A stretch of DNA of 48,124 nt, filler included, from Catajapyx aquilonaris (GCA_000934665.2; 2 parts of 2 records of this genome joined end to end with filler, not necessarily neighbours in it); one strand, 5' to 3'. Counted from the first letter of the whole stretch, positions 1 to 12,996 are shown. The notes: generated by a model not told the origin, from the letters alone. Numbers and translations are program-made.

Positions 1-829
1 CGTGACAGCGAGAAGAAGAAGTGTCAAACTCACGGGCCGGCCCGCGACGGGCTACCCGCAACAATGAATAGCGTAGCCTAGAGCGCGCTCTTAATATCAA
101 TTATAAAGGTTATAGCAGGGCTATGTTAGTATACAGCAGTATATGACTGTAACAGTACAACATTTGATTACTCTCCGGTCAGCCAGCGACTTGAATGATG
201 TATCTGGGACGGCCCAAACCAGTAGCCTATAACATCTCATTACCGTGGCAAAAATAAGTAGTTATATAATGGTACACCTGCGATGGTCTCCACTAAGGGT
301 CTCCATCATCACCGACAGATCACCTCTTATTGTTTGCTACCCTAATAAAAAGGTCCAATAAAGCATATCATGGGATATCCATAATAATAATAATAATAAT
401 AATAATAAACGATAATAATAATGGATACCTCGCGATATGGCTCCTTGAGTCTTTTAGGGGATGATATTTCCAATAACGGTCTTTAATCATTGCCCGAAAA
501 AAACTACAAAAGACTCGGATATCAAAGAACCGCGCAAATCAGTCTGCTGTAATAAACCGAGTCTGTTGTAGCTAAATACACAGGCCATAGAGTACGTGAG
601 TATGGCGGGACCAGTCTGCTATAACCAAGGATCGGTTGTGGCCGAGGATGTTATATCCGGATTCAACGTATACATTTTTTGCATGCAAATATTAAATGAA
701 AACGTAAGCATATGCATAGCGGTGAGCGGCAGTTTCCCCCCGCGGCTGGCATCAGCGCCTCGAGCGGCGTGCAACGGAAGCGTGCCAAGCGGCCCCATAA
801 GGAACCCTTCTGAATGCGGAACCTGGTTA

Positions 830-1148
830 GAAAAAGCCTTGCGTCTGGTAGACGGAGATCAGGAAATTGAGCCTTTCTGTACATGTGGCCTACTCACTAC
901 CCTTCGGCTGGGAAATGAGAATACCGTATACTCTCCAACATGAACTTGGACTTAGGGAGACTGAAAATAATGCACTGATATCCCATCGTAAGGCCCTGCC
1001 TGCACTTTTGAGTTATGGAGAACTTCGAGTTTATATAGAAATTCGAGTTAGGGAAGTTTATTTCCTATTTTCATTTAACATTGTGACCAACCAAGCTTAT
1101 CATTTTCTTCGACTTATAGATTAGTTCGACTTAGGGAAGTTTTACTGA
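830..1148. mobile_element. Partial copy of dispersed non-autonomous TIR element family (also ~14905-15330 and, inverted, ~19690-20140)
   Basis: Shared block GGAAATTGAGCCTTTCTG..CATGTGGCCTACTC..CCCTTCGGCTGGGAAATGAGA..GGACTTAGGGAGACTGAAA in three places, with TTCGA(G/C)TTA subterminal repeats. Confidence 0.6.
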
Positions 1149-2572
1149 TATTTTATTGTACTTATTTTTGTCTGGAAGTCTAGTTGCAAATCCCACAAAA
1201 TCCCGGAATGACCATACGATACGAACTCACGTGAGGTGGCCAATTAGCGTAATTGGTGGATGCGTTGAATTTACGGCAATGCTTTAATTTTCTAGGCGGT
1301 ATTATTGCATAAGGGCATTTCCATGGGAATGTGAATCGATATAACTTATTGTTATTTGATGTTTATGTAAGTTAATTGTTCGGGAATATGCGTGTTGTGG
1401 GAGTTAGGTTCATTTTCGGAAGCTGAAACATGCGGCGTTAGATTCCTTGGAAAAAGTAACCCTCGATATGCTAATTTAAGGCGGTGTAGGGGCCTTCCCC
1501 CGGATTTCTATAAAGGACAAACAAACAAACTCTCCTTATTTATAGAGATAGAGATAGCATACAAAATATTGTGTAACCCAATGAAAAATGCCCCAATTTG
1601 GCTGGAAACTATTTTGAAATAAAGTAGACAGTTGTCGATTTAAGATGTGTTAATAAAAATTCTGGGGGTGTATTGTGGTTTTTCTAATAAAAAAACAGAA
1701 CTTACTTTCTGGACGCGCCTCGTACAAGTTTCATACCGTGTCCAGCTTCACTCACCCATCATAGCATAGTGAAAATCACAGAGTAGGATGGCAAGGTGAT
1801 TTTGGACATGAAGGTGCATTTACCAGTGGTAACATCGCTGCGTAACCTAAGTAACCAGTACTGTTTGAGGTGAAAATCGATTGTTACTTTCACCTCAAAC
1901 AATTTCATTCATAGCTCGGCAATGACATCACCCGATCAAATCACTCACATGTAAAGTAAAAGCACCTTGAAGGAGTTACTTCCACACATTAGGCAGAGTT
2001 CAGGGTCACCTCTGGCTTGGTTTTGAATAACTGGAAAAGGATTGATCACCCACCCAGTCTTACTCCTTCAGTGTTGCCTCTGTGACCGTTGGAAAGTCTT
2101 ACTGTATTACCTCACTTAAAGCGGCATGCCGGTATAAAACGAGGTCGACCAGCATGCTGGTATAACCCTGGGGTGGTTGGCATGCCGCAATACCCGAGGT
2201 AGATTTCCATAATTTTGGTCCTTGTCAAATTTTTTTGAATGCATCTGATCATCATGATCATCATCAACATCACGACATTTCCCGATGAGGGGTAGTCAGC
2301 GATGAAGGGAGACGTAAGCTAACCCAACATATGAACTCAATTAAAACTTGTGAAAATAAACCTATAAACAACCCGTCCCACCCCCCACCCCTGCACAACT
2401 CAGACAACAAACACTGAATATTAAATTTAAATATTTGAGGGCATCTCAAGGCCATGGTCCCATTGCCTTGAGATGCCCTCTCCGTGAACCGGACCTTACT
2501 TCCACACTTTGATACCCCTTTTTATACCTCCACTATATCTGCTAAAGTAATAGTGCAAGAAAATGTTCATAC

Positions 2573-2754
2573 AAGTATTTTGGCAAGTGTTCCTTCCTCA
2601 TCAACCTCAAAAGAGACGACAGCTTTGTCAGTTTGGATGTCACAGATGACATCTCCTGGTGACACAGAGTCACCTTCCTTCTTCTCCCATTTGACAATGG
2701 TGCCCTCCATCATAGTAGGGGACAACGAAGGCATCTTCACTCGCTGGCCAACAG
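2573..2754 (-). CDS. PDHX: Exon 2: lipoyl domain of pyruvate dehydrogenase complex protein X (or E2); gene continues beyond the window start
   Basis: tttacag/ acceptor and /gtatga donor. Translation [60 protein letters not shown] has the lipoyl TDKA motif. DKAVV resembles PDHX more than DLAT (DKAT). Confidence 0.85.
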
Positions 2755-2954
2755 CTGTAAATCACAAGGGAATTCAGAAATTGAACTTATTTTGATCATT
2801 TGGTAGGAAGAGCCAAGGCAACTGATGCCAAGTAGCAAGTGGAGATCAGGAGAGGGGAGGGACAGACAAAGAGGATGAGACTTGTGCATTCAGGAGCCAA
2901 CAAGACAAACATGGGGGAGTCCCCACAGAAGGGTAGTCCCCTCACAAACTAATA

Positions 2955-3648
2955 CAGGGTCATCGAAAAAAATGTCCCATTTTCAAAACCCTACAAATCA
3001 AAAACTTGCAGACATATCTAAATGATATAAGTTTTGAAATGCTAAGAAATGTCTAAAGTTTTGGTTTCACCTTACTTTGTTTCGATATGAGCTTCATTTG
3101 TTGCTCAGCAGATTAAAATTCGGTTTTAAGCCAAGCTCAATCATATCTGGAGTTACCATTGCAATCCTATCCCGTAGGTGATGGAGATTACTGATCTTTA
3201 TACCACACATTGTTATTGATGATTCACATAAAAAGTTGCCCCATCCATGAAACAAACCTGCCGTAGGAAAGTCTCATTTGTTCATTCTCCCAGTGTGCGT
3301 AGTCTTGAATGATAAGTTTCCCAATGCCTAGTACCGCCAGAAGCCCAGATCTTACCCCGATGGACTTTATTATGGAGATCCATGTATTGTGAAAAGATCC
3401 GGCATCTCCAGCACACACGGGATAAGATTTTAACGGTAATGCCAGGCATGCCTGAGAGGGTTAGGCATGACACTGATGACCATATTTACATTTGCCTAGC
3501 GACAAATGGAGCTCCTATCGAAACAAACTATGGTAACACCAAAACTTAAGACATTTCTTAGCATTAAAAAACTTAAATCATTTAGATATGTCTCAGTATT
3601 CGAGTTATAGGGTTTTAGAATTGGGACATTTTTTTTTCGATCACCCTG
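2955..3648. mobile_element. Tc1/mariner-type MITE
   Basis: TA|CAGGGTCATCGAAAAAAATGTCCCA ... TGGGACATTTTTTTTTCGATCACCCTG|TA. Imperfect inverted arms extend >100 bp. Confidence 0.8.
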
Positions 3649-4065
3649 TACTATAGTAACCCACAATGATGATAGCTTATTAGTAGCTACATGATAACTC
3701 TGGACCTGCTCGTTAACTAGAGATCCTTCCTAACAGTTCTTTTAATGCAGACTTTCGTGGTCTCTCCAATGCTACTAAACAGGTACTGGTCAGGAGGAAG
3801 GGATGGAGTACAGCAGTGGTTCCCAAACTCTGCTCTGCCGAAGAATTGAGAATAATGGGATACTTTTTCCAACAAATAGTTCACTTGTCCACCTGTCTTT
3901 GAACACTACGTCGCGGTGCCTAAACTTTTAGTTCATTGGACTAATTTTTCACTGCATATGGCATTTCATGTAACAACTGCATCAATCAATCAATCAATTT
4001 TATTTTACCTCCCTGCATCCACGCTGGGAGGGACTACCCCTTTTTACAAAACTTTTCGAGCAATA

Positions 4066-4977
4066 GGGGAGACCGGGGCACAGTGGACCACTTTTGCACA
4101 TTTGAATTTTTATATACCTACCTGTTATACCTACACACCCAATATTTTCAGGCATGGTGGAGATACTCATTGGTAATATAAGTCACTACTATATTCACAG
4201 GCAGTGCCATCCTTTTGGCTTTAAAAAAAATTAAAAGCAACCCCCTGCAAATGGTCCACTGTACCCCGATAGGTGGGGCACAGTGGTCCGGAAGTGATTG
4301 GGACCCCTAATTCACACAAGAAGTTTATTATCATTGCCTAACATTTTTTTTACAGCTGTTCATTTTGAGGACTGTGTCAACATAGCAGTTTTGCCCCTTT
4401 TTTCTACCTAATTCACATTTAAAAAATCATTGTCTCACTTTTTTTTTACAGTTGTTCATTTGGAGGGTGGTTTGTCAAAATCACAGTTTTGCCCTTTTTC
4501 TACCTAACTCACATTTTTTAAATAATTGTCTCACATATTTTTTTACAGCTGTTCATTTCGGGACACAGTGTGCATTTCTGGGCACAGTGGTACATGGACC
4601 ACTGTGCCCCGGCCAGCAGCAACTGACATAATGCTATGATTGTAACTTCGATCGCAAGTTAGGCTTACCAAACTGCCGGTATTCATGGACAAAGGGCGGC
4701 ACTATTCCACAAGATTTTTATATCAGGCTCATGCCCAACATCTACGCCTGAAGTAACATTTAAACTGTTGGTTAGTAATTTACTTCACTTATCTTCAAAT
4801 CGATTTCGCTGGATATCTATCTATCGATCGATCGCTAGCCGTTGCCAGCCATGTTGGCAGGAGCATGGCAGTGACTTGTTTCACGAGGTACCAGATGAAA
4901 AAAATTTGGCGGCTTTTTCGATTTTAAAAATGGAAAGGTCCACTGTGCCCCGTGGTCCACTGTGCCCCAGTCTCCCC
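4066..4977. mobile_element. pogo/mariner-type MITE with internal ~100-bp tandem repeats
   Basis: TA|GGGGAGACCGGGGCACAGTGGACCAC ... GTGGTCCACTGTGCCCCAGTCTCCCC|TA. Repeated internal units at ~4330-4560. Confidence 0.8.
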
Positions 4978-5539
4978 TACATCAAATGAGTTATTAAATT
5001 TTATTTTTAAATAACATCAAACCATGTTTCTTGCTCTTGCTCATTTGCTGAGGGGGAGGGGGGGAGCAAGAGAGAGGGGGGAGAGAGACAGAGAGAGAAA
5101 AGAAAAGAAAATAACATTATATTGTTTACTTGCTCAATCTATAAATTCATAAGTTTAAATGTCATTTTGCCATGTATTTAAGGAAAAGTAACAGTGCCTT
5201 GGTCTCGTTATGTGTTGGAGTTGCAAAAACCACAGTAAGACTGTTTCTTGAGACCAGGGGGAGATTTTTGAGAAAGGTGTTTCTACCTCCTGCAAACATT
5301 GGACATTCAGAAAGAATGTGGTACCAATCATCAATTTCGTCTCGGCTGCACAAGAAAGTTACCCGCGTTATTTATTTTTACTGAAAAATTTCCACCCCGA
5401 GGAATCCAGTTTGCATTTGTTCTAAGACAGAGGCAGGCCAACATCCTACCTAGCTATTGAATACTCGTTTTGTGATGTCATATAGTAAGCAGGGACGTTT
5501 CGGAGATCATCATAAAGTATTGCTTTATCTTACAGTACC

Positions 5540-5808
5540 GAAGCAGGTTGGTGTAGGGGTTAAGCCAGACTGCTAATCGGGAGGTCCTGGGATCAAATCC
5601 CGGGGCTGGCAACCCTAACCGTGGTTTTCTGTGGTTTCCCACGGTCCTTCCTGGAAAATTCCGGAGTTGCTTCCGTAATTAATAGGCCTCAGCCGCTTCC
5701 TTCCGTCCCTATCCTATCCCTGAAAGCGAAGTAAAAATTCAAAGAAAGAGTTCCAGTCAAAACAAAATTCCCCCCTAAAGAGCTGCCGCCTGATAACGGG
5801 GTATATTA
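5540..5808 (+). mobile_element. tRNA-derived SINE (family A); its tail is split by the Merlin insertion
   Basis: A-box-like TGGTGTAGGGG and B-box-like GGATCAAATCC. Body closely similar to 7850-8070. The (ATT)n tail resumes at 7538-7562. Confidence 0.75.
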
Positions 5809-7537
5809 GGTAAATGTGCAGAAAGCGACATTCTCCAAGAAATATCGGTTTTTATGGTGGGAGAATATCGATATATGATCTTTATACTGCACCGATATAT
5901 CGGAGGGAAAGTTGGTTACTCTGATCGATAGAATCGCATTATACTCACATTTTCTTGAATGACATTATGGACTTCCAGGATACAGCCGACCAGCGGCTAA
6001 AAAAAATTCATCAATCGAGCTCTATGACTTGGAAATGCTCTTTTGAAATAAAATTCAGCCAGGTAGCCTGAATAATGATTCTCTCTCCTTCCATATCTGA
6101 AGTAATTTAATACAAAAATATAATTAAGATATCTAGTAGAAGTGTTATCCTCTTTATAATACCTAGGAATTTTACACCGGACTTCTCGCCACGTTCGCTC
6201 TATGTTTTGAGTATGGGCATGAGTAATTGGATCCACGAAATTATAAGTGTGATTAACAGTTAAGTGTTTATACCCTTTTTTCTCCAAACAGTCATAGGCT
6301 TTCCAGCAGTCACTGTATATCATAGTACCTGGTAATATCATCTTTTTAATTACCTTCAGTAATGTTGAAGCTGATCTATTAGGCACAGTTTTCACGAATA
6401 CCTTTTTCGGATCGCTCCTTAATATCCCTCCGAAAACCCATTGCCCATCAATTATCCTCCCTTTGTGGTATTTACGCTTCCCAAATTTTGCCTCGTCTAT
6501 CTCGACTATTTCTCCTGGGCCCCCAATTTTCAGTTCTTGTTCTGACGCCCCCCAAAAAAACTTCTCTTATAAATGATGCCCAATCAACGACCGTATGTCG
6601 AGCAAGTGTAAGTTCCCTCTCTATCAATATTTGTCTCGGAGGATCTAAGGACAACCAAATGGCCACAAATTTACATATTTTTTCTGTGGGGATATGAGCG
6701 TACTCAAAAAAAGTGCCTTTATACACTCGTTTGGTATAATAATGTTTTTGACGCTTATTATTCACAACAGATTTTTGGCATGAAAACATCTTTCTGTTCC
6801 AATTTATAGTACAGTCACTATTGCATATACCACATTTGTGTTGTATTTTTATTACCTTATGATTAACCCAATATTGAATTAAATCAGAATTTTTTGATGC
6901 TAATATTGCGAAATCTAACATACCGTATGAACAGCCTTCACACAGGTTGACTTCCATTTTTCCCGGGTGTATACTGTGTCCTTTAGGTTTGTGTTGTAAT
7001 GGTGCGTAATGGAGTTGAAAATCTCTATAGTGCACATGTACTAATCACGGCTTCCACGTGCGGCTTCCGCAGCTTCTATTATGGGATTGGCAAGGAAATA
7101 GTTGCAATAAACCGAAATAATACTATCGAAGAATAAATGTGCCCCATCTAGCGAGAAATTTAGGCATCTTGAATTTTCCACACAAAACATAAGAACCCGT
7201 TTAGTATCTCCACTTTTCACGAATCGTAAGATAGTAGAAATGATTCCGTTACGGACTCGTAATATAAAGACATGGGTTCGAGTCCTCTTAGGCGAATAAA
7301 AAATCATATAAAATAGGAAAATAGTAGCAGGCAAAATAGAGTGCAAGACGTGTAGGTAATAAAAGGTGATGAACTATAAGGGGTAATAAATAAGTAGAAA
7401 AGAGAAGTACAGTGTTCCATAAAATGAAGCTCTAAATATATTTTTCAACAATAACTTTTCCAAGGAACAATATCGATATTATTCGATTTTCTTATTTCTG
7501 ATATTTCTTGGAGAATGTCGCTTTCTGCACATTTACC
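5809..7537 (-). mobile_element. Merlin (IS1016/ISXO2-like) DNA transposon with near-intact transposase
   Basis: Perfect 38-bp TIRs GGTAAATGTGCAGAAAGCGACATTCTCCAAGAAATATC. Flanks gtatatta / tgatatta (degenerate 8-bp TSD). Transposase motifs IGGPGEIVEIDE, GQWVFGG, IYSDCWKAY, HLTVNH..NFVDPITHAHTQNIERTW. Confidence 0.92.
5965..6957 (-). pseudogene. Merlin DDE transposase: two homopolymer frameshifts and one 66-nt intron
   Basis: ORFs 6472-7035 and 5997-6395 join by a 1-nt shift in the T7G6 run (6548-6560). GT..AG intron at 6097-6162. One extra T in the T8 run (5999-6006) gives the C-terminus FFLAAGRLYPGSP*. Confidence 0.8.
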
Positions 7538-7849
7538 TGATATTATTATATTATTATTATTAATTTAAACAGCTATCCAGTTGTTTGACCCTATTGTACC
7601 TCCTTGGCGGGCTACATGCAGACCTTAGGTATGACAATGCTTTTTTACGTAGGTAGCCTGTGCAGATTCATATTTGAGAAACGTCTAAAATATCTTAGGG
7701 CTTGTAGAATAATTTTAATTTTCAGCGGAGGCTTTCCAGTTTCCAAGCATAAGAGGTAGCCCGGTGTTCTTGGCCCTGTTGCCAATAATTTCCTAATTGA
7801 ATAGGTTTGGATATTTTCTGTGTCCTTGAGCAGGTTTAAACTCCATATC

Positions 7850-8065
7850 TGCCCCGGGGCCGGCAACCCTAACCGTGGTTTTCTGTGGGTTCCCACGGTC
7901 CCTCCAGGTAAATGCCGTGGTTGCTTCCGTAACATTTAATAGGCCACAGCCGCTTCCTTCCGTCCCTATCCTATCCCCAAAAAGCGAAGTAAAAATGCAA
8001 AGAAAGAGTTCCAGTCAAAACAAATACTCCCCCCTAAAGAGCCGCCAGCTGATAACGGGGTATGA

Positions 8066-8126
<61 letters not shown>
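7850..8126 (+). mobile_element. 5'-truncated SINE (family A) with (ATT)n tail and 11-bp TSD
   Basis: AACTCCATATC at 7839-7849 and 8127-8137. (ATT)~20 tail. Body matches 5598-5800. Confidence 0.85.
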
Positions 8127-8131
<5 letters not shown>

Positions 8132-8482
8132 CATATCGGCATTGGGCAAAGGGCAGCCGTGGTAATCGTCGAGTCGATGTAGTTTAATGCGGAAGATATT
8201 AACGGGAGGTTAGCTTGCTTTAGAAGGGCTCTAGAAGCGTTAAAGGACACTGCACAAAATGTATGGGCGAGTGGCCTTCCGTTCGATTTGCCTGAAAATT
8301 GGATATGTTGTAGCCCAGACCATCATGATCAATGTTAATTACGGACATTTCGAGGTAGGACCTACATGGAGCGTGCTAATGACCTCCAAAGGTAATATGG
8401 GGAGTAGTAGACTACAATAATATTGTCTCCAGGAACTCTACGGTTATTGCATTAAATTATTATCAATTAATATCTTTATTAC

Positions 8483-8950
8483 CTAGTCATCTGGTTCAAA
8501 TTCTACACCTTGAAGGTTGTCATCTGGAGTATCCTCCAGCTGCACTTCAACATCCATTGGGTCAATGTAAGGAATATTTCTCTCACTGCAGTCTTCTACC
8601 AGTTCTACGGTATTGAGTAGCCTCCTCGATGGATAGCCGATATTTTCCTGGTGTCTAGCAAAACCCAGATACCACAAGACACGTGCCACATGAGCACAAC
8701 AGCCAAGGGTTCGAGCTCCTGTCTTACAGTTGCAGTACCATCCAAGAATTGGCTCAAATCCATTGTCTTCATCGTTGCCATTCTGTTCATCGCACAGAGC
8801 ATCTTTGTACGCAATCCACAGATTGTATTTGGTGGAGTTGGAAAACCTGGACTAAATTCTGGCTCTCAGGAAACCTAGCTCTTGTAGTAAAATCTCAATG
8901 GACCATTCTGAATCTTTATCAAGTTTATCCTGAACATAGGACTTCGCAAG
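8483..8950 (-). pseudogene. C-terminal fragment of a transposase with a SWIM-like zinc finger (ISL2EU/Harbinger-related by motif recall)
   Basis: Minus-strand translation across a frameshift gives GWYCNCKTGARTLGCCAHVA(R)VLWYLGFARH, followed by an acidic tail. Confidence 0.6.
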
Positions 8951-8962
8951 TTTGACTTGGTA

Positions 8963-9366
8963 CAGTACCCTGCATTAATGGCTATGCACAGACATCGCCA
9001 CCTGGCGGGATTGAGGGGAACTAAGCGTCGGTGGACTGTGTCCAAAATACTCTGATGTCAAGACTGCTCACGAGATCGCTCTAGACGACTCAAGATATCG
9101 CGGTGGATTAACAGGCCTTCACGTGGTCTGTGCAATAACTGGTTCACAACCTCAATACATTGATAGGAATCGCAATGGCCTTATAATTCATCCCACAAAC
9201 AGTATATATCTGGGATCCGCTGGGATCCATCTTTGTAGCAAGCGTTTGAATCAACCGGGATATCTTGAGCTGTCCAAGTATTTTGGACGCAGCCCACCGA
9301 CGCCTGATTCCGCTCGTTCTTGGACAGGTGGCGATGTCTGTGCACGGCCATTAATGCAGAGTACTG
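8963..9366. mobile_element. MITE with ~42-bp TIRs
   Basis: CAGTACCCTGCATTAATGGCTATGCACAGACATCGCCACCTG ... CAGGTGGCGATGTCTGTGCACGGCCATTAATGCAGAGTACTG. TA on the left flank only. Confidence 0.75.
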
Positions 9367-9401
9367 TCCACTCCGTATGTTAGGTTCCTTAAATAATCTT
9401 C

Positions 9402-9682
9402 AGTTCATTGTGGAAATCCAGGAAGTTAATTAGGATTGAAGCCGATTGGAATCCAGTTCTTTGGCCTTCTGTCAAGGTTTTCCAATTCTACTTTTTCCTT
9501 CACAACGTTGGGCTGTTATGATCATTCCAACATTTCACAGGCTATAGGAAATGTTGGAAAGATCACAACAGCCCAACATTGTGAAGGGAAAAGTAGAATT
9601 GGAAAACCTTGACAAAAGGTCAAAGAACTGGATTCCAATGGCCTTCAATCCCAATGAACTTCTTGGATTACCACAATGAACT
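9402..9682. repeat. Imperfect hairpin/palindromic element (~135-bp arms)
   Basis: 9402-9536 is the reverse complement of 9548-9682 with scattered mismatches. Confidence 0.75.
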
Positions 9683-10995
9683 ACAAGAAGAGGAGAAAAA
9701 TACCCAAGCAAAATTTGCACGCAGGAGAGGGCCAAAGAAATCAGAAAAAACAGTAGTGAAGTGATATCAATATCATTGGCATCGTAGTGGTCAATACCAG
9801 CCAACAGGACAAGGTGTCCGCCACTTAAAGATTATTGGGTCCTGCAAGCTGGGATATACATGTCCTGCTGCAAAAACTGCCAAGAACATCAATGGAAAAT
9901 ATTTTGTCCAGTACTTCAGTGGCCATTATGGGCATGTGGACAATCGACTTGGACACGTAACCCTGACCACTTCCCAACGTCATGATATTGCAGGTTGGTA
10001 TTATCAGAAATGAGTATCATAGCGCTGTATTTTTGTATCCCTGATTGCTAACTCCAATTTAAAATTTGGCAGCAAAATTGGCAGCAGGGGTGGCAGATCG
10101 CCGAATATCTGACATGATCCAGACAGTCAGTGGTGATCGTGAAATGCTCCATTTGATCAAGCAGAAGGACCTGCACAACATCAGAGCGGAACATGGCATT
10201 CCCTTTGTGGCGAACAATGTGCAAAACCATGCCAATTATGCTGTCAGTGTCGCTGCCTGGGTGTAAGACATGCAATCTTGAGGAATAGATAATCCTGTCC
10301 TCTTCTACAAAGGACAGGGTGAGGTGAATGAGGGTCAAGAAGGTATTGCGGAAGATGATTTTGTGTTAACTATTATGTATCCATTTCAACGAAAAATGGT
10401 GGGAAAGTACAGTCATGACAGGGTGTTGATTGATTCGACACATGGAGTCACTGGCTATGACTTTGAACTGACCACCCTGATGCTAATAGATGAGCATGAG
10501 CAAGGGTTTATTTCCTGCTGCTTTTTGTCAAAGTTCCCGAGTAAACACCATTGGTATGACATTATTTTTTCAAATGATTGAGTCTGTCTGTGGAAAAATA
10601 CATGCAAAGGAGTTTATGTCTCATGATGCACCATTGTTTTTTAATTCCTGGGTGCAAGTAATGGGTGTCCCTAAGCGTAAATTGCTTTGCTCCTGGCATG
10701 TAGATCGGGCCTGGCAAGGAAAATTAGCTTCCATAAGATGCCAGAAGAAAAGAAATGACATGTACCAATCTCTAAAGGTGTGTCAGATGGCTTTGGATGA
10801 GGATAACTTTAATGTCATGTATGCAAAGCTATTGGAGCTATTGCAAAATGATGAAGCTACTAAAGATTTCTATGCATACTTTACTGGATACTATGACAAA
10901 CGAAAAGAAAGTTGAGCTTTTATTGCTTCAAAAAAGGAGCTCAACTTAATACAAATATGCACTTGGAGTATTACCACCAGGAATTGAAGTACATA

Positions 10996-11961
10996 CAGCA
11001 TGTTTCAACTTTTTGTCCGAACAGTTATCGGAAATATTGCACTAAGCTGCTACTTTGTAAGCAGTGTATGCCACTTTTTTTTTGTGGGGTATAGTGCTCA
11101 CCTTAGTGGTATCAGCACAGACATTTATTTGTTACTTAGTTATACAGTACATTGTGACACGCCCGGGCCCACGGGCAGGATGACAGGAGGGGATGTGCAA
11201 GGTGCAGTGCAATGTCGTTGCTTGGTCATTTTGTGAACTCCCCCGGGTGGTTTGCCTTAACGGAAATACCACCCGAGACGAAGCCAGAGGTGACCCTGAA
11301 CTCTGCACGAGATGAAGGGGGTGTCCCCGGGCTGGGATCGAACCCGGGACCTTAACATCCGTGGGCGCGTGCGTTACCGCAGCACCACTCCACCTCCCTG
11401 GTGTATGCCACTTCAACCCAAGATTCGCAGGGAATATTCCCCATTCCTCCGACAAACCGGTTGCAAGTCACTGCTTACGAAGTAGCTGCTTATAGTGCAA
11501 TATTTCCGATAACTGTTCGAACAAAAAAGTTGAAACCAAAGATATCTGCTATAATATTACTCTAGAATATCTAGATACATAACTCGCTATCCCTTTCCAT
11601 ACAAGCAAAGTGATGCCAATCACGCCCAAAGTAAAGATGGCGTCATCGTTACTTTAGGCGGGGCAGCAGAAGCGGCCGTAGGGGCCGCCCCTGTGCTTAT
11701 GGGCCGGACCGCAGTGGGACGTTTCCATCCCTTGAAGATGCCCAACTACGTACAGGCCGCCACGGCAGATCAATCCAAGTCACCCAAAGCCGCCATCTTT
11801 GCTTTGAGCGACTGGCACAATCCCCTAGCACAAACTGGCATCACTTTTTCTTAGCAAAATTGCTAAGAAAAAGTGATGCCAGTTTGTGCTAGGGGATTGT
11901 GCTAGGGGATGTGATGTATCTATAATTATACATAGCAGAAATCTTTCGTTGAAACACCCTG
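10996..11961. mobile_element. Composite Tc1/mariner-type MITE insertion in the MULE (TA TSD)
   Basis: TA|CAGCATGTTTCAAC ... GTTGAAACACCCTG|TA. Excision gives KYIYMQGK in frame. Internal inverted repeat at ~11002-11044/11493-11536. Confidence 0.75.
11160..11398 (-). mobile_element. tRNA-derived SINE (family B)
   Basis: Reverse-complement match to 17520-17762, including A box TGGTGCTGCGG and B box GGTTCGATCCC. Confidence 0.8.
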
Positions 11962-12854
11962 TATACATGCAGGGTAAGAAGTGTAAGCGTGTGGATAAGT
12001 TCATCGCTGTGCTGGGACAGGGTGGCCACTCCACCGCGGTTTGGGGATTCCCGGAGTCTTCCCGGTTTTCCCGGCCGATATTAGAGACTTTTCCCGGCCG
12101 ATATTAGAGACTTTTCCCGGAACTTCCGTTCACTATGCATTTCCTCCCCATTATCGATATCAATTGCCTTCCACATGACTCTCGCCATATTTTCCTAGGG
12201 ACTATACATGGATACCGTGTTAAATCATGCCAATATCGTGAACAGTTTCGATGCAGTGCACTGCAGTGACCGAATTTGCCTGAAAACTCCCCCGCGCGCA
12301 TCCCAGTGCTGTGAAAACGGTGTTTGGTGGGCGGAACATCGAAGGCGCGAAGTACGGAAAAAAAATGCCTGCCTATATTTAGGCAGCGAGTCATAATGAA
12401 TCGAGATAAAAATGATAGCTCGTCTGCAAACAGCTATAGGAGCCGGCGACATAACTTCAGAATCTCCCACCCCTCACTCCCAGCCAATGCAATGGCGAGG
12501 CTAGATTTGGGTGGAAATTTGAATGTGTCAAGGTGAAGGGGGGGGGGGGGGGGGTGNGTGTGAAGGGTGTGATGGGTGGAAGGATTTAAATGGTGTCAAC
12601 ATAGCTTTATCCGGGGGACATGCTGGCACTCCTGCTCCAGGCTTCCCTCCCTTTCTCACCAAACCGGTTTTTCCTCCCTCTTCCCAGCTTAGAGCGCCGT
12701 TCTCTATACCAATGCGCTAATGTTGCCAGCCCGGAAGATAATATTGAAATCGTCCCAGTGGCGCCATTGTTCTTTGTAGGCAAGAATTCGAAACTCGGGA
12801 CGTATTTTTATGATATATTATTTAAAAAAAATGAATAGGGCCTACACCCTACAG

Positions 12855-12996
12855 CAGTGGTTCCCAACAGGGTCGCGAAGCCTTTTCCGGGGGCTCGCGT
12901 GGTGGCCAAGGTAATTTTTACTTGCAATTAATGTTACAGGAAATTTTACCACGAAGATAAAAGGGGGTCGCGACCCAAACAGGTTCGGAACCACTG
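12855..12996. mobile_element. Small hAT (Charlie-like) MITE nested in the 5-bp-TSD element
   Basis: CAGTGGTTCC ... GGAACCACTG. Flanks ccctacag / ctatacag (6/8 match). Confidence 0.65.

Larger units (their letters stand above)
5162..8300 (-). mobile_element. Degenerate non-LTR retrotransposon (LINE) 3' remnant, interrupted by two SINEs and a Merlin element
   Basis: Minus-strand pieces PMPIWS|LNLLKDTENIQTYSIRKLLATGPRTPGYLLCLETGKPPL (post-RT region) and CSRDEIDDWYHILSECP (degenerate CCHC knuckle). The frame reads through when the SINE at 7850-8126 is removed. Confidence 0.6.

Noticed and set aside
1750..1850. Candidate next PDHX exon (AG...GTGAGT bounded)
   Set aside because: All three frames hit stops and none resembles the expected continuation of the lipoyl domain.
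5997..7035. Bacterial IS1595/ISXO2 contamination
   Set aside because: The element sits inside a eukaryotic SINE and carries a GT-AG intron, consistent with a eukaryotic Merlin.
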